NCBI GenBank assembly: GCA_000934665.2 | Contig: KZ538753.1 | Coordinates: forward strand, 1-49,827 | Length of the DNA stretch: 49,827 nucleotides | Source: Catajapyx aquilonaris | Lineage: Eukaryota | Reading direction: 5' to 3' | Shown here: positions 35,192-47,532 of the stretch, in pieces | Layout: each line of letters starts with the position of its first letter | Numbering within the stretch: position 1 is the first letter of the stretch | The notes under the pieces: generated by a model | Databases searched by the model: none | What the model was told of the DNA's origin: nothing | The model's input: the letters and a program-made list of their open reading frames with translations, nothing else | Position numbers and translations under genes: made by a program

Positions 35192-35689
35192 GATTCATTA
35201 AAATACAGTATGTTCAACAAAGCCCACGAAATCCACACACATACTTTACTTGTCCAAATGTGGGTGCATTTGCCTCTTGCGTTCCCCCGAGGGGACACCA
35301 GATTTCAACAATACTCTCAGACAATAGGAAAGTAAAAAAATATGCCTATATTTCCCCATCGACATCATCATTCATAAGCTATTGCTAAGTATTACAAACA
35401 ATAAATAAATCATAAGACTAATAAATATTCGAAAATTAATTACTAATCATGTTCGGAACATGAAGGTGCAGCCATATTATTTCCTGCGTTAAAAGTCAAA
35501 CACCCGTATCTTAAAAATCTGAAGCATTATTGAGCAGGTTCGAACATGTATCGTTAGCTGGGACTATACTGAAGCCCCCGTGACTACTGCCAGCTCTTTT
35601 TTAGCAGCAGAAGAACCTGCGCAAAAAATTAAAATGTAACAACTGTACAGGTATCCCCTATATATAGGGGGACGCTGGGCATATCTGGG
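35192..35689. mobile_element. Partial piggyBac-like MITE, same family as 47810-48602
   Basis: Collinear with 48179-48602; ends GGCATATCTGGG-TTAA. Confidence 0.75.
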
Positions 35690-35739
35690 TTAATCACGCA
35701 TTTTAAAGCATTCACAAATTTAGAAATGTTTTTAAACAC

Positions 35740-36885
35740 CTTTCCTCCCATTAAAACGCAGCTTCCGAAATTAGGAACACTTTTTTTGAAACTGAAAAAA
35801 TGGGGTGTTTCACTTTTACAATTTTGTGCTTTTTCCTATAAAATTGTTTCTAATTTTCATTGCGAGACCTAGTAGGTAAATGTTCAATGTATTAACATTC
35901 AGTTTCCTTACATTGCTGCGTTCAGCCATTTTCACACTGAAGAGGAAAACAACGTAAGGGTGTCGAAATTTGGGCCCCTTAACCTATTTATTAACCCTGG
36001 AACCGTGACGTGGGATCTTTTAGGACCCCAAAGGAATTAAAATGATAATTACAATGAACTTTTGCCATTTTTAAAACTGAACTGGGACCGCATCCCTCCC
36101 TTTGTGATGCGGTAGTTAATTTCTACAAGACAGTTACAAGGAACGCCACAGGATCCCTCTCCGGTTATATACATGTGCCCACTACAACTGTGGAGACTGG
36201 GATAGCCCCCCCCCCCCNNNNNNNNNNNNNNNNNNNNNNNNNNNNNNNNNNNNNNNNNNNNNNNNNNNNNNNNNNNNNNNNNNNNNNNNNNNNNNNNNNN
36301 NNNNNNNNNNNNNNNNNNNNNNNNNNNNNNNNNNNNNNNNNNNNNGGGGGGGGGGGGGGGGGAGACACCCAGGAGAAAATGGTTGGTAATCAATAGTGTT
36401 GCGGACCTACTTGAGCTTGGGATTGCAGTTATAAGTTAACGCAGGAGGGCATAAAGGCAAATCAAGAGCGTCACGAAGGTTGCACTCAGGAACCTCTTGA
36501 CACTGCTGAGGGCATCACTGAGGTATGTTTAGTCCGGTTTGGTAATTTAAAAAATACTATAGAATGCCTGTAACTTGCAGAAGAATGTACATATAGGGTA
36601 AGGGGCCCAAATTTCGACACCCTTACGTTGTTTTCCTATTGTCAGACTAAAGCAGCAATGTAAGGAAAATGAATGTTAATACATATATTATATAAACACA
36701 CACAGTATAGGAGAAAGCACAAAATTGAAAAAAAGTGAAGACAACCTCTTTTCAGTTTAAAAAAAAGTGTTCCTAATTTCGGAACCTGCGGCGTTTTAAT
36801 GGGAGTAGCCTATAGGTGTAAAAAAAAACCATGGTGGTCGGAATTTGGCACAGGGTCGAAATATGGACAGTTGGACACTTGTCCC
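35740..36885. mobile_element. Two inverted copies of a pogo-like MITE (about 35740-35984 and 36596-36885) flanking an assembly gap
   Basis: TA-GGGTAAGGGGCCCAAATTTCGACAC terminus in both orientations; N gap at 36218-36345. Confidence 0.65.
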
Positions 36886-37659
36886 TAACTATTTCTAACA
36901 ATCCTATAGGCTATAAGTAATAAATTGCAAGTGTCATTCCGGTGCGTGAAACAGGAAACGCATCTGGCCGGCTTCGACCATCGGACAACAAGGGCCCACA
37001 ACATCTGCTGCTTCTCTCCCAGAAAATCGCTGGAATGCAACAAGACACTTTTTTGGGGGGCTGTCCCAGTCTCCACGCAGTTAAGGCATATGTAACCGGA
37101 GAGAGATCCTGCGATGCGGTCCCAGTCCCCCCCCCCCNCCCCCCCCACCCCTCCTGGCTCTTCCACGGTGATTTATACTACTGCTGGATAAGTAATTATG
37201 AATGCAAATTTCAAAAATACTGGTACAGGTAACCATTTCTAACAATCCTAAGCCATATCAAATATTAATTATCATCACCACAGATGTTATACGCATGCAT
37301 GCAATGATTCCTCTATTTTGTCCAGTATATATATACTGGACAAAATAGAGGAACCATTGGCTCGTATTACAACTTTGTCAATTAATATCTTGAATACAAA
37401 AGACTTTACATTATCCAAAATTTCCGCAGCGGGGTGAGTCCACGACACATCGCCCCCCAAAAAACCAAAAGGTCCACCCGACATTTTTCGACCGAATTGA
37501 CAACTAGCATGCCTGGGGCTGTATTTTGGTCAGGCGTACAGAAGTGATCGGCTAGGACGCTAATTAATGGTGTTACAAAAGTAGCATCTGTTGCTTCCCA
37601 AGGTCAATGGGCACTCGCAATAATTGCAGGGTGAAAAGTGGCAAAAACGCTGCACATAC

Positions 37660-38235
37660 GGGTACAAATCGGATCATATCTCAGAAACTATACGCACTAG
37701 GGCGATGATCAAGGTGTCACAGATAGAAATGTGAGAAACCTGATAGATGAATGGGTTTTAGGAAAATGTCCGTTTTGAGGAGTACTCAATATTTCAATGT
37801 CAAAATTTGATGTTTGACCTTTGCCAATGGATCACTTTTTACTTTTTATTTAAAAAAATATCAGCGGAAAGCTCCTGTGATTCAATACCATTCCTGACAT
37901 TTTAAATTTTTTAATATTGTTTTGTTTTGTAATAAATAATTATTAAACGTAGGGGTACCGAGGGAGTTCAGGACAGATCATCCAAGGGAAGTAGCCCGAC
38001 ATTATTTTTTGATCGAATTGACAATTTGCATGCCTGGTATTAAAACCCTAAAAGGGTATTTAAAAAGTAGCATCTTTTTTCATGCCAAGATCAATGGGTC
38101 ACTCGCAAGTCGCAATTGCAGGTTGAAACTGCAGTCTTACAAGTTAGTGGCAAAAATGGTAGGCTACATGTACCCAGTACAATTCGGCTCATATATCGGC
38201 AACATACTATTAGCATCATGGCGATGGTCAATGCG

Positions 38236-38290
<55 letters not shown>

Positions 38291-38621
38291 TGGGAGGTGC
38301 GGTGGCCGAGATGGTAACGTCTCGGCTTGCTGAGTGAAAGGGCTCGATCCCCGCCTGTGATTTACCTTTCACCTGCGTCAGGAGGGTTTCTGACCTGCAT
38401 CTTGGAGGTGTCTGGCAACCTAACCTCCCGGGGAACAGCACCTGCACCCATGTTCCCTCCCCCAAAAAATCCCCATCCTTACCCTATCACCTGTTTCCCC
38501 CGCACCGGTGATTGAAGAAAACATCGAAAGATACCAGAAAACGGACGGTGGTATGCCACCCCCCCGGCCATAAGGGCAGAAGTCCTATTAAAAGGTAAAG
38601 TAAAATATAATAATAATAATA

Positions 38622-38660
<39 letters not shown>

Positions 38661-39671
38661 TTTTCCTAAGGTACTGTTATGGACCTGACGGGTGGGAGGA
38701 CATTCTATTGGGAACCAATTTTTAACAGGCAAAGAAATACGCAACAGTGGCTCTGAGCGATCCCCCGGGGTTTTTTCTTTCTTTCTAGCCAGCTGCAGTG
38801 CAATGGGTCAGTTCCGAGGTTAACTGAGTGACTAGGAAACCCCTTGAGCGAGGAAAATTTAATGTTTACAACATTAGCACGTACGTGGTTCAGCATGCGG
38901 TCTGCTATTATAATTTATTTATGATTATGTGAAATCACACATACAGGCACAGTCTTTGTCCACAAGTTTCTGGTCCAACGTTGTGGGTTCCTATTTTCCC
39001 TAGTTCCCAGCAATGCAGAAGCATTCTGAACTGGCATGCCTTTGCTGAGCTCTTCTTCTGTGTGCAAATTAATGTGCATAATGGAGTGCTTTGACTGTGG
39101 TTAGGTGCTTACGTATCAGTATCTCAATGTGCTCAGAGTGACCAAGTTGCGCGAGTGTGTGTGTGAATGGCGCACATAATCAGTTCGGATTTTGTTTCCT
39201 CAAAAGCAATGCTTTTTAAGCGCTATAATGTATACTGTACATGATAGATATGGTAGCTACATATTATGAGTTGTTGAGTGGAATTAGATTTCTAATATGA
39301 AAGTAAATGAACCAGTTGGCAAAGAGCAATGCCGTGTGGGAAATAAGTTACAGCTCATAAAGCCATAGTTTTGGGTACCCCTAAGTTTAATAATTATTTA
39401 TTAGAAAACAAAAAAGATTAAAGATTTAAAATTTCAGGAATGGTATTGAATCGCCGAAGCTTTCCACTGATATTTGAAATAAAAAGTAAAAAAAATGATC
39501 CCTTGGGAAAGGTAAAAGGTCAAATTTTTGAAATATTTAGTACTTCTCAAAACTGAAATTTTCCTAAAACCCATTCATCAGGTTCCTCACATTTTCTATC
39601 TGTCCAATGACACCTTGATCATCGCCCTTGTGCGAAGAGTTTCCGAGATATGATCCGATTTATGTGCACCC
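37660..39671. repeat. About 300-bp inverted arms (37660-37959 / 39374-39671), TE-derived
   Basis: ATCGGATCATATCTC...GGGCGATGATCAAGGTGTCA...AGGGGTACC mirrored; diverged direct repeat 37478-37680 versus 37997-38200. Confidence 0.75.
38292..38660 (+). mobile_element. tRNA-derived SINE, family C, next to a (CAT)n microsatellite
   Basis: Family C head; (TAA)n tail. Confidence 0.85.
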
Positions 39672-39914
39672 TATCAGAAACGCCGGAAAACACGCTATTT
39701 TCACTGACGCATTTAAATAAAAAAAAATCGCGACGGTACAAAAAATACCCGAAACTTCAACCGAAAGCTCCAACCCTGAAAATAGTCCATAAGGTGCCTA
39801 GAACGTGGGGAAAATTCTATTTACGCTCGAAGTGCATAAGTCCGTCAAAAAATGTCGAACTAGAATTACCGGATAGTGGCGAGGCGAGGCGACCCAAAGA
39901 AGTGGGTGGTCTAG

Positions 39915-40152
39915 CCCGGTCGTTTGCACGCAGGTGGTGGATGACAGTGAGGGGTGAGTACTGCTCACATCCCTCTCAACCAGAATGCATCGTACACTGA
40001 CACTTCACTTGAGTTGTCCGTCTCAAATCAGTCACAAAACCCGTTTCCTCATGCCGAGAGCCTGTCTTTCAAAATAAGCACCAGATTTGTCATCTAGGTG
40101 ACGTCACGCGGCTGCTTCGCGCTGATTGGCCAGGCATCGAACGGCGCTACCT
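39915..40152 (+). promoter_or_regulatory. Right arm of the inverted duplication; candidate promoter
   Basis: TGACGTCA at 40099-40106, ATTGG at 40125-40129, followed by CpG-rich sequence and a gtaagt donor at 40450. Confidence 0.45.
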
Positions 40153-40363
40153 CCTATTAGGACTACAGCGCCCCTACTGTCTTGATGCTGCCCTGCGATG
40201 CTGCTGGCTGCTGTTCTGCCTTGCAGACGGGTTCACTGGTCGTCGCCTCGTCGGAGGGTAAAGACCGTTGCGTGGGACGTCCATTCTCTCTCCCGCCAGT
40301 CGAAGCAACCACTAGTGGCTTCAGACCACTCTGAGCTACAGACGCATCAGCGCAGGTCTCAGC

Positions 40364-40449
40364 ATGGCCCGTCGTGTCCGCCGCAAGAAGACCGAGAGAC
40401 GGCGTGGAAAGTCTGGAGGGAAGGCGGCAACGGCAACAGGCGGTCGGAA
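40364..40449 (+). CDS. Candidate first coding exon of an unidentified Arg/Lys-rich protein
   Basis: agcATGG context; MARRVRRKKTERRRGKSGGKAATATGGR; consensus phase-2 donor AA/gtaagt. Confidence 0.35.
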
Positions 40450-40879
40450 GTAAGTGCTTGTTTGTGTGTCTCGCCATTATGTAGCCTGACATTTGCAGCC
40501 GCATAATAATTCTGGATTACGCCATTCTGCTGCTCCCTGCCACATTTATTTCGAAATGGAAATTTGCTAGGGTAGACATGTTCACATGCGAGTGTCCCAT
40601 TGCCAAACATCACTTCCAGGTCCAGAGTTATTAATGCAGTCAGTAGCTTCAGTTACAAGTGATTTGTTTGAGTGGGAAGGAGACAAAGAAACTTAAGTGT
40701 CTGGGTATGAGAAAGAGCAAAGGTTAGACAGATGGAGACTGGAGATAATGTCCCATGTTTCATCCTGGATATCAGTCATGTTTTATTGGGTGATTCAATT
40801 ATTGTAGGCTGCAGATTTGATTTTAGTGTGTGAAAGGATAATGCTTTGGTTATTGTTCAGAAATGCTGTGAGGGTTAGG

Positions 40880-41165
40880 TTGTTCCCCTGTCAAAGCACT
40901 ACTGCATATCTGGTATGCCCGACCATCGATGTAGGCACCTGGTCGAACCAGCTGACACGGTTGGCTTGCCCAGCGATCGGCTGCGGAGACCAGCGCCCTC
41001 ATCACCCGTCCCTGTCCAACCCCTTCCAACCCTCATCATCCTCATCCTACCCAGTCTTACCGGCTAAGGAGGGTCAATAACACTCCTGGCACCTGGCTGC
41101 CAAGGCTCAATACAGAAGAGCCATACAAGCCGGGCATTTCCCTTGAAACCAACCAACCAACCAAA
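40880..41165 (+). mobile_element. Possible 5'-truncated non-LTR retroelement 3' end
   Basis: GC-rich block ending in a (CCAA)n tail; no convincing TSD. Confidence 0.35.
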
Positions 41166-41230
41166 TAAACTAGGGTTCATAGGGAAAGTCTGGTTTTTGG
41201 ACTGTGGGAGGAAATGCAAAAACCTCTTAA

Positions 41231-41693
41231 CCCTTAACTACGTAGGTGGGCGAAACACCTTTAACTACGTAGGTGGAGCCTGAGCGGCTCCAACGGCATA
41301 TTTAAATTTCTGCTTATCAACTAAATTGTTATATTGGACTTTTCGCATACAGAAAGTGCAGTTCAGATCATTAGGCTTCCGAAAACGTAAAAGTCACACC
41401 CTGAGTCAGCATAGTCCGACAGGGAAAATTTTTTAATTAAAAGGTTACATCATGTTTGAGCCGCTCAGGCTTCACCTACATAGGTAGAGCCTGAGTGGTT
41501 CCAGGAGGGACTCGTTACGAATTTTTTTCAACCAAAGAATAGAGAGTAAAAATTTTTTTCTTTCCTTTTCATGCTTAGGAAGGTTTTCCTGACTAAGTCA
41601 CGGAAGGACAGGGGAAAATATAATTCAATGAAAAAGTTACATGCGTTTAAATAGTGCTTGGAGCCTCTCAGGCTCCACCTACGTGGTTAAGGG
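41231..41693. mobile_element. piggyBac-like MITE
   Basis: TTAA-CCCTTAACTACGTAGGTGG ... CCACCTACGTGGTTAAGGG-TTAA; four GGAGCC-N5-GGCTCC-type palindromes. Confidence 0.88.
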
Positions 41694-42293
41694 TTAAAAC
41701 CCCTTCCACACAAGGCAAGTACCCTCTGCCCGAATCACATGTCAAATGCAGAAAATCATAATTAGTAGGCCTCCTCAACATCAGGAATTACTTTTTAAAT
41801 TGCTTTTTATAGTGATTCAATAGGCTGCAAAGGGCCTGCTTGGTTCAGAATCCCATTTTACGAATAACTCGTATCATGGTGAAGGAATCAAAACCACTAC
41901 AGAATCAGCTCTCTTTTTGGAATTATTTTATAGAAAACACCTGCAATGGTTATTTGAAAACTGAGTGATTTACTATGAAGATATCACTGAACTGCTTAGG
42001 GTCAAACTCCTTGGGAGTGTTCTAAATATGTAGTTGGAATTTTAAAATTAATTTGAAAGGGGCAGTTTTGGAGCATGTAATTGACTCCTTTTCCAAGTTA
42101 AGTATGTTACGAACCAGAGGTTAGGTGAGGTCACTGAATAATTTCAAAATTCAACACCTGGTAGATGGCACATTACTGGATGAAGACAGGTATCACAATA
42201 TCAACCTTCTCCTGCAATGTAAACAATGTAGTGAAGCTGTGAAGGAGTGGCTAACTTGCAGAAGTGTCACACAGAACAGAGGTACAGTGTTGG

Positions 42294-42436
42294 TCATATA
42301 TCGAGGCAACCGCCAGCGACATTTTCCGAAGTGGCAGAAGAAGGAATCGAAGATAAGCATGCATACAAGCTGGGCGAGCAAGATTCCTTCTTCTGCCGCT
42401 TTGGAAAATGTCGCTGGCGGTTGCCTCGATATATGA
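42294..42436. repeat. Hairpin with a 55-bp stem and 33-nt loop
   Basis: 42294-42348 pairs with 42382-42436; the two mismatches are G-U compatible. Confidence 0.85.
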
Positions 42437-43360
42437 TCGCAATGCTACAGTTTCGAAGCCATGCCATGGACAGGGTAAAGACGAGCATGGTCAGAGACGT
42501 AAATCCTTCCGGTACGGCGGTACTTCATAGAATGGGTCACACAATTTCCCATCACCTGACTTAACAAAGTATTTGCTAGGGAAAGTGATAGCATACCCTT
42601 CATTGTGTACCATTGCAAAGTTATGCAATTTACAACAAGACGAAAAGATTAGAAATGAAAGTAAGCAGCTAAGGATATAGATGAAAATGATCAAACCCAA
42701 TCTCTTGGGGGAAGCAACACAATAAGGAAGGGCACACTTCGCTCATATGTGTCTGGTATGTAAGAGCTCTTGTAGCAAATACGTCCTATTTAGAGTAAAA
42801 CTTCCATAAGTCGAATCTCCATGGGACCGGGAAAAGACTTCGAGTTATAGAAGATTAGAGTTAGAGAAGTTTGGCTTTTTTAAGCACAGATCTCTCTAAG
42901 GAAGCCTATCTTTATATCCAGCGATGAAAGGTGTTCAAAACTTAAAAATAACTGTCACTATCTCACAATGTTCCTCGTTTTGTTGTAAAAAAAAACTCCA
43001 TTGTGGACATTTGCCTACTCTTAGATTCCAGGATTCAATTGTCACAATCGAGTCAAACACTTCTTCCGGTACGTCTGGTAGAGGGAGATCAGGAAATTGA
43101 GCCTTTCTGTATACAAGTGACGTACTCTCGACCCTTCAGTCCCCAAACCCATCCCTATCCACCTCCATTTTCCCATTACGTAGTAATGGCCTTTCAGGAA
43201 GTTAAAAAAATTGAGTAGGACATTATCAAAACCAGGCTTTTTTATAAAATTTCAAAAAATGAGGTACCAGCAGTATTGGATAGTCCTTGCTAAATCCCTT
43301 CATTCCAAGTTTGATTTTAAATGTTCACCTATTTACCATGACAAAAACTGCTGAAATAAT

Positions 43361-43675
43361 AGTGTTGTCCGATTGACACTGCACTGGCTACACTCTGTGT
43401 AGGGAGGTGACGTCACAGTGCAGCGAGTGTGACCCAGCACTGGGGCCTCGAATCGGACACCAGCATGATATGATACATAAGCCGCCATCTTGCCAGCCCG
43501 TCTTCGCGCCTTACACCGCCTGCCCCACCTTCTCCACTGGTGCAGCGAGTGCAGCCCCCCGCTTGCACTGGTGCAGTTACACTGGCGAATCGGACACGCT
43601 GCTCCCGGTGAATCGGACGCTTTTTCCTGCACGAGTGTACACTGGCTACACCAGTGCAATCAATCGGACAACACT
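43361..43675. mobile_element. hAT-like MITE
   Basis: AGTGTTGTCCGATTGA / TCAATCGGACAACACT ends; internal CACTGG and GAATCGGAC repeats; no TSD seen. Confidence 0.6.
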
Positions 43676-44127
43676 TGTATGAATGTAACAAAATCAGACT
43701 AGGTTGGAAGATTATGGTTGCATCAGAACCAGGTTTTATTCGAGAATAGGAGCCATCCAACCCAATACCACCCAGCCATTGTTCATGAAACATTTCGGAG
43801 AGGACCAGCAATTCACCCACATTCTCCGCAGAACTGACACCCAGAGTTTCTGAATCACTCTTCAGTAGCTTATGAGAACCTGTTGAATGAAGGATAAATA
43901 TTTTAATTATCAGGTATTAGCAGGCAATGGCCTAGGGGATGAGAGTGTTGCAGGTTGTATCCGCAATATACTGGTACAGAAGCTTATAACACACTATTTA
44001 ATTAATGCTAATTAACTCAGTAACTAGGCTGCAGAGATCCCCAATACATAAAAAATGATGACCGAGAACCCCTCTACCATGTCCCAAAATGAAGGCACGC
44101 TAAGTTTCCGCACCCTGCATAGAGGTA

Positions 44128-44268
44128 CTATCAGTCCACCAAGAATTGTCGTAGCGGCAGCACACGAACTAAAGTTACAAGCACTTCCGGGGGGAGAAGT
44201 CAATGGAGAAGTGCTCGTAGACTGTAGTTCGTGCGCTGCTGCTACGACAATTCTTGGTGGACTGATAG
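44128..44268. mobile_element. 141-bp hairpin MITE (Tc1/mariner type)
   Basis: CTATCAGTCCACCAAGAATTGTCGTAGC arms; TA TSD. Confidence 0.82.
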
Positions 44269-44499
44269 TACACAGGTAGAAAAGATACGCAGGTACGCAA
44301 TGCTTGGCGTTCCAGTAAGTACTGGACTTGTCTGATGATTATAGTCCTTTGACTATGCATTTGTCATAATACAGTAAAATATTGCTAGCCTTATGTGTGT
44401 GTTATAAGCAAGACATTTCAAATTTCTGGATTCCGATGACGTATGACCTTGGGTCACTCACGACTGACCTTAGCTATGAGTGGGCACATGAGGCATGGC

Positions 44500-44640
44500 C
44501 ATGCATTGCTGACTGGTGGAGGTGTACAGTCGGGATGTCATGTTGGAGCAAATGGTGCAGGATGGTGCCAGCAATTCTGTGATGGACGCGCAAACGTGAA
44601 CGACAACCAGAGATCTGGACGACTGGCCACAGTCACTACC
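44500..44640 (+). pseudogene. Mariner transposase N-terminal HTH remnant
   Basis: VEVYSRDVM then, after a frameshift, WCQQFCDGRANVNDNQRSGR. Confidence 0.55.
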
Positions 44641-44732
44641 TACAGTGTCAGTAGTGGCCTCACTTCTGCCTTAGTCCATGTGACTAACACACATCTGCAT
44701 GCCATGAGTTCTGCCGAAATGTGGGCAGGCAC

Positions 44733-44899
44733 ACCTGCCGTCCCAAGGAGAACACTCAATCTCCACAACTAGTACAGGTGAAGGTGACATTCATGTCCTG
44801 CACTAATCCCCCTGGCCCAGAGGGGATTAGTGCAGGGCATGCACACGACTTTCACCTGTACTAGTTGTGGAGATTGGGTGTTTCTCCTTGGGACAGCAG
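44733..44899. repeat. Imperfect palindrome with about 78-bp arms
   Basis: CAATCTCCACAACTAGTACAGGTGAA...CCTGCACTAATCCCC mirrored around 44815. Confidence 0.8.
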
Positions 44900-45536
44900 A
44901 CACCTAGACCTGTTGGGCATGCTCTGCTTGGCACTTGTTCTCTACCGATGGCTGCCGTACCTGCACACAAGCTGCAAGATGGTGCCTACCTGTCCTATAA
45001 GCTATAACGTAGCAGAAGGATTGATATCCCTGCTCATGCTGCATGGCATCGAAACTGAAGCATCGGGAAACTTCTTTTCCTACTGACCCTTGTAGTATAA
45101 AACCTGAATTAGACAGGTAATCATAGCAGGCACTTTTTGTCTATTTACCCTTTTTGGTTGCTGGGGCCAGCATTACCAAGCCATATTTCTGATCATCTTA
45201 TTTCTGTCTACAAGGATAAATTTTGTTGATGCCAAATTAAACAGCCATCCAGTACCAGCAGATAAATCCTTCGTCTGAAATTCCAAAAAGCAAACATCTC
45301 TCAAATTTGAGAGTTTTTAGAGTTCTGACCTGACGCACTACAAATGGAAAGTTCCATGAGAGTGTAACATGACTATCTTAATTACCTGTATCTGTACATA
45401 TACAGTGAAACCTATGCGTAACGGACCCTGAGCATAACTGAAACTTGTCCATTGTGGTATTATTTTTGGGAAAAGGCATAGGACATGTAATGTATTTTTT
45501 GACTGATATGTTGGAAACCTGTCCATTATAGGAATT

Positions 45537-45538
<2 letters not shown>

Positions 45539-45587
<49 letters not shown>

Positions 45588-45834
45588 GATACCCCGTGAT
45601 AGGCCTTGGGCCTCTTAGGGGATCATTTTTGGGAACCGACTTTAATCATTGCCTATGTGTGATGGATTTTGATTGCGGGAGGAAACGGGAGAACCCCGAG
45701 AAAACCCACGCGAACACGGAGAGAACCCATCGAAACTCGATCCACATAAGTATCATCTGCGCGACCCGGGGATTGAACTCGGGACCTTAGAGGTGGAAGG
45801 CTGTGGCGCTAACCACTCCGCCACCGTGTCGCCC
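45539..45834 (-). mobile_element. tRNA-derived SINE, family E, with a V-domain-like core
   Basis: A and B boxes; GTTCTCTCCGTGTTCGCGTGGGTTTTCTCGGGGTTCTCCCGTTTCCTCCC core; 14-bp TSD ATTATAGGAATTTT at 45525 and 45838. Confidence 0.85.
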
Positions 45835-45988
45835 TATATTATAGGAATTTTTTCACTGTACAAGATTATTAAAAATTTATACAACTACATGGGCATGCTG
45901 ATAATTTTTGCCTCCATGCACATAGAATTTTAGACTTTTTCGAGAGAAAAAAATACATTAGGTTGTGTTGGGGACACAAGCCACAGCT

Positions 45989-46363
45989 TTTGACGTGAAT
46001 ACGTTGTTAAAATTTGATCAGTATTGGGAGGAGTGAATTGATTGTTTATTATCAGTATTGAAGTCTGGACACATGCATGGTCAGTTTGTCATCCCTGGCA
46101 GGGCCCTGACTGTAACGCTCACACGCCCACCTTGGATATGGTAGATCTTGCGCCCACGCCACCTCGGACATAGTAGACTTGGCTCACATGCCACCTCGGA
46201 TATAGTAGACAATCCTCAGGTGCCCCCTGGCAGGGGCCCTGACGTAACACTTTTTCGTGACGCTCTAGTTTCCCTGCATGCTCCCGTCATGGGGCGCCTG
46301 GCGGGGCCCTGACTAACGCTTTTTCGTTACTGATCCGATTTTATAGACGTATTCACGTCAAAA
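45989..46363. repeat. Element bounded by TTTTGACGTGAATACGT inverted repeats with two internal repeat sets
   Basis: Three ~31-bp tandem units at 46117-46210; CCTGGCRGGG(G)CCCTGAC near 46093, 46226 and 46297. Confidence 0.65.
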
Positions 46364-46705
46364 AAGTCCAGCTCTGTTTCGATGGATGAGAAAAGGTCTA
46401 ACAGATGGGTTTGCTAGGATAGATTTTTTAAAGGGGAAAGGGCCGGTCTGGGGGTAGAAGGCGGTGGTGGTAGGAGGAGGGAGGGGGGAAAGGGTGATCT
46501 GGGAGAGGGGGTGGCAGGGGGACGGGGAGGTCAGGGGGTAGAGGGTGGTGGGGGAAGGAGGCGCAGGCGGTATAATGAACTATCTACTGAAAATAAAAAC
46601 TCGCTATGCAGTTTGGCAACAACAACAATGCTACAGTCATTAGCCTACATGAAAGAATGAGAAAAAGTATACTCTAATCACGCCCTTGTGATTTGCCAAT
46701 CTTGT

Positions 46706-47532
46706 TTAATACATGTCACAGGACAATGAGGGTGACATCAAATGTAACCCTGGAATCTCCTGTTCAAAACCATATATTTACTTTTCTACATAACCAACAC
46801 CAGCTGGAGTACACTTGCACAAGCAATGTACTGGTCTTTTCCTCCGGTCGGAGTACAATGCTGGGTTGTGGGAGAGGCCCTAATAGCGAACATTAGCTTC
46901 AACTTCTTCATTGGAACTGTACCAATTGCCCTTCAGGCTCGCCTTCATTTTTGGAGAAAGAAAGAAGTCGCAGGGCACAAGTTATGGGCTGTTATGGCTG
47001 ATGGGGAAGTATGGGGAAATTGAGTCTCTGGAGAAGGTGTCGTGCATATCGAGTTCCTGACCGGTTGCAAAACTGTGAATTCTGAGGTTCATGTGGACAC
47101 CCTGTGAAAGTTTTAGGCACACATGAACAGTATGCGCCCAAGAAAGCATGTAATTTTTCACCATCATAATGCTTGACCACACACGCGCAATCACACTGCA
47201 GAGAAGTGCAGATGCCCTCCAAAGACTCAATTTCCCCGTACCTCACCACCAGGCATAACAGCCCATATCTTGTGCCCTGCGACTTCTTTCTTTCTCCAAA
47301 AATGAAGACACAAGTGAAGGGCAATCGGTACAGTTCCAATGAAGAAGTTGAAGCTACTGTTCGCGCTTGGTGCCTCTCCCACAGACCAGAGTTGTACGCC
47401 AACTAGTACATCGTTTTTGCTAGTGTACTGTTGTTGGTGGTGATTATTGTAGAAACGTAATTATATGGTTTTGAAGAGGACAGATCAGGCTTTCATTTCA
47501 TGTCACCCTCATTGTCCTGTGACACACATTAA
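46706..47532. mobile_element. Fold-back mariner derivative
   Basis: SPYLVPCDFFLSPKMK...EEVEATVRAW on + (about 47260-47400) mirrored on - (46850-47030); outer arms TGTCACAGGACAATGAGGGTGACAT. Confidence 0.8.

Noticed and set aside
35937..35968. CTGAAGAG...CGAAA as a hammerhead core
   Set aside because: No stem II or flanking stems; part of a MITE whose second copy lacks the motif.
36206..36362. C-run, N gap, G-run as an inverted structure
   Set aside because: Assembly gap at homopolymers; the true sequence is unknown.
38009..38744. Poly-His, Asp, Ser and Tyr ORFs (also poly-Asn, Leu and Ile elsewhere)
   Set aside because: Translations of (CAT)n and (TAA)n microsatellites and SINE sequence.
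43333..43820. Overlapping Cys-rich ORFs
   Set aside because: Arise from the GC-rich internal repeats of a MITE.
46117..46210. ~31-bp repeats as a CRISPR array
   Set aside because: Degenerate tandem units without unique spacers, eukaryotic context, no cas genes.
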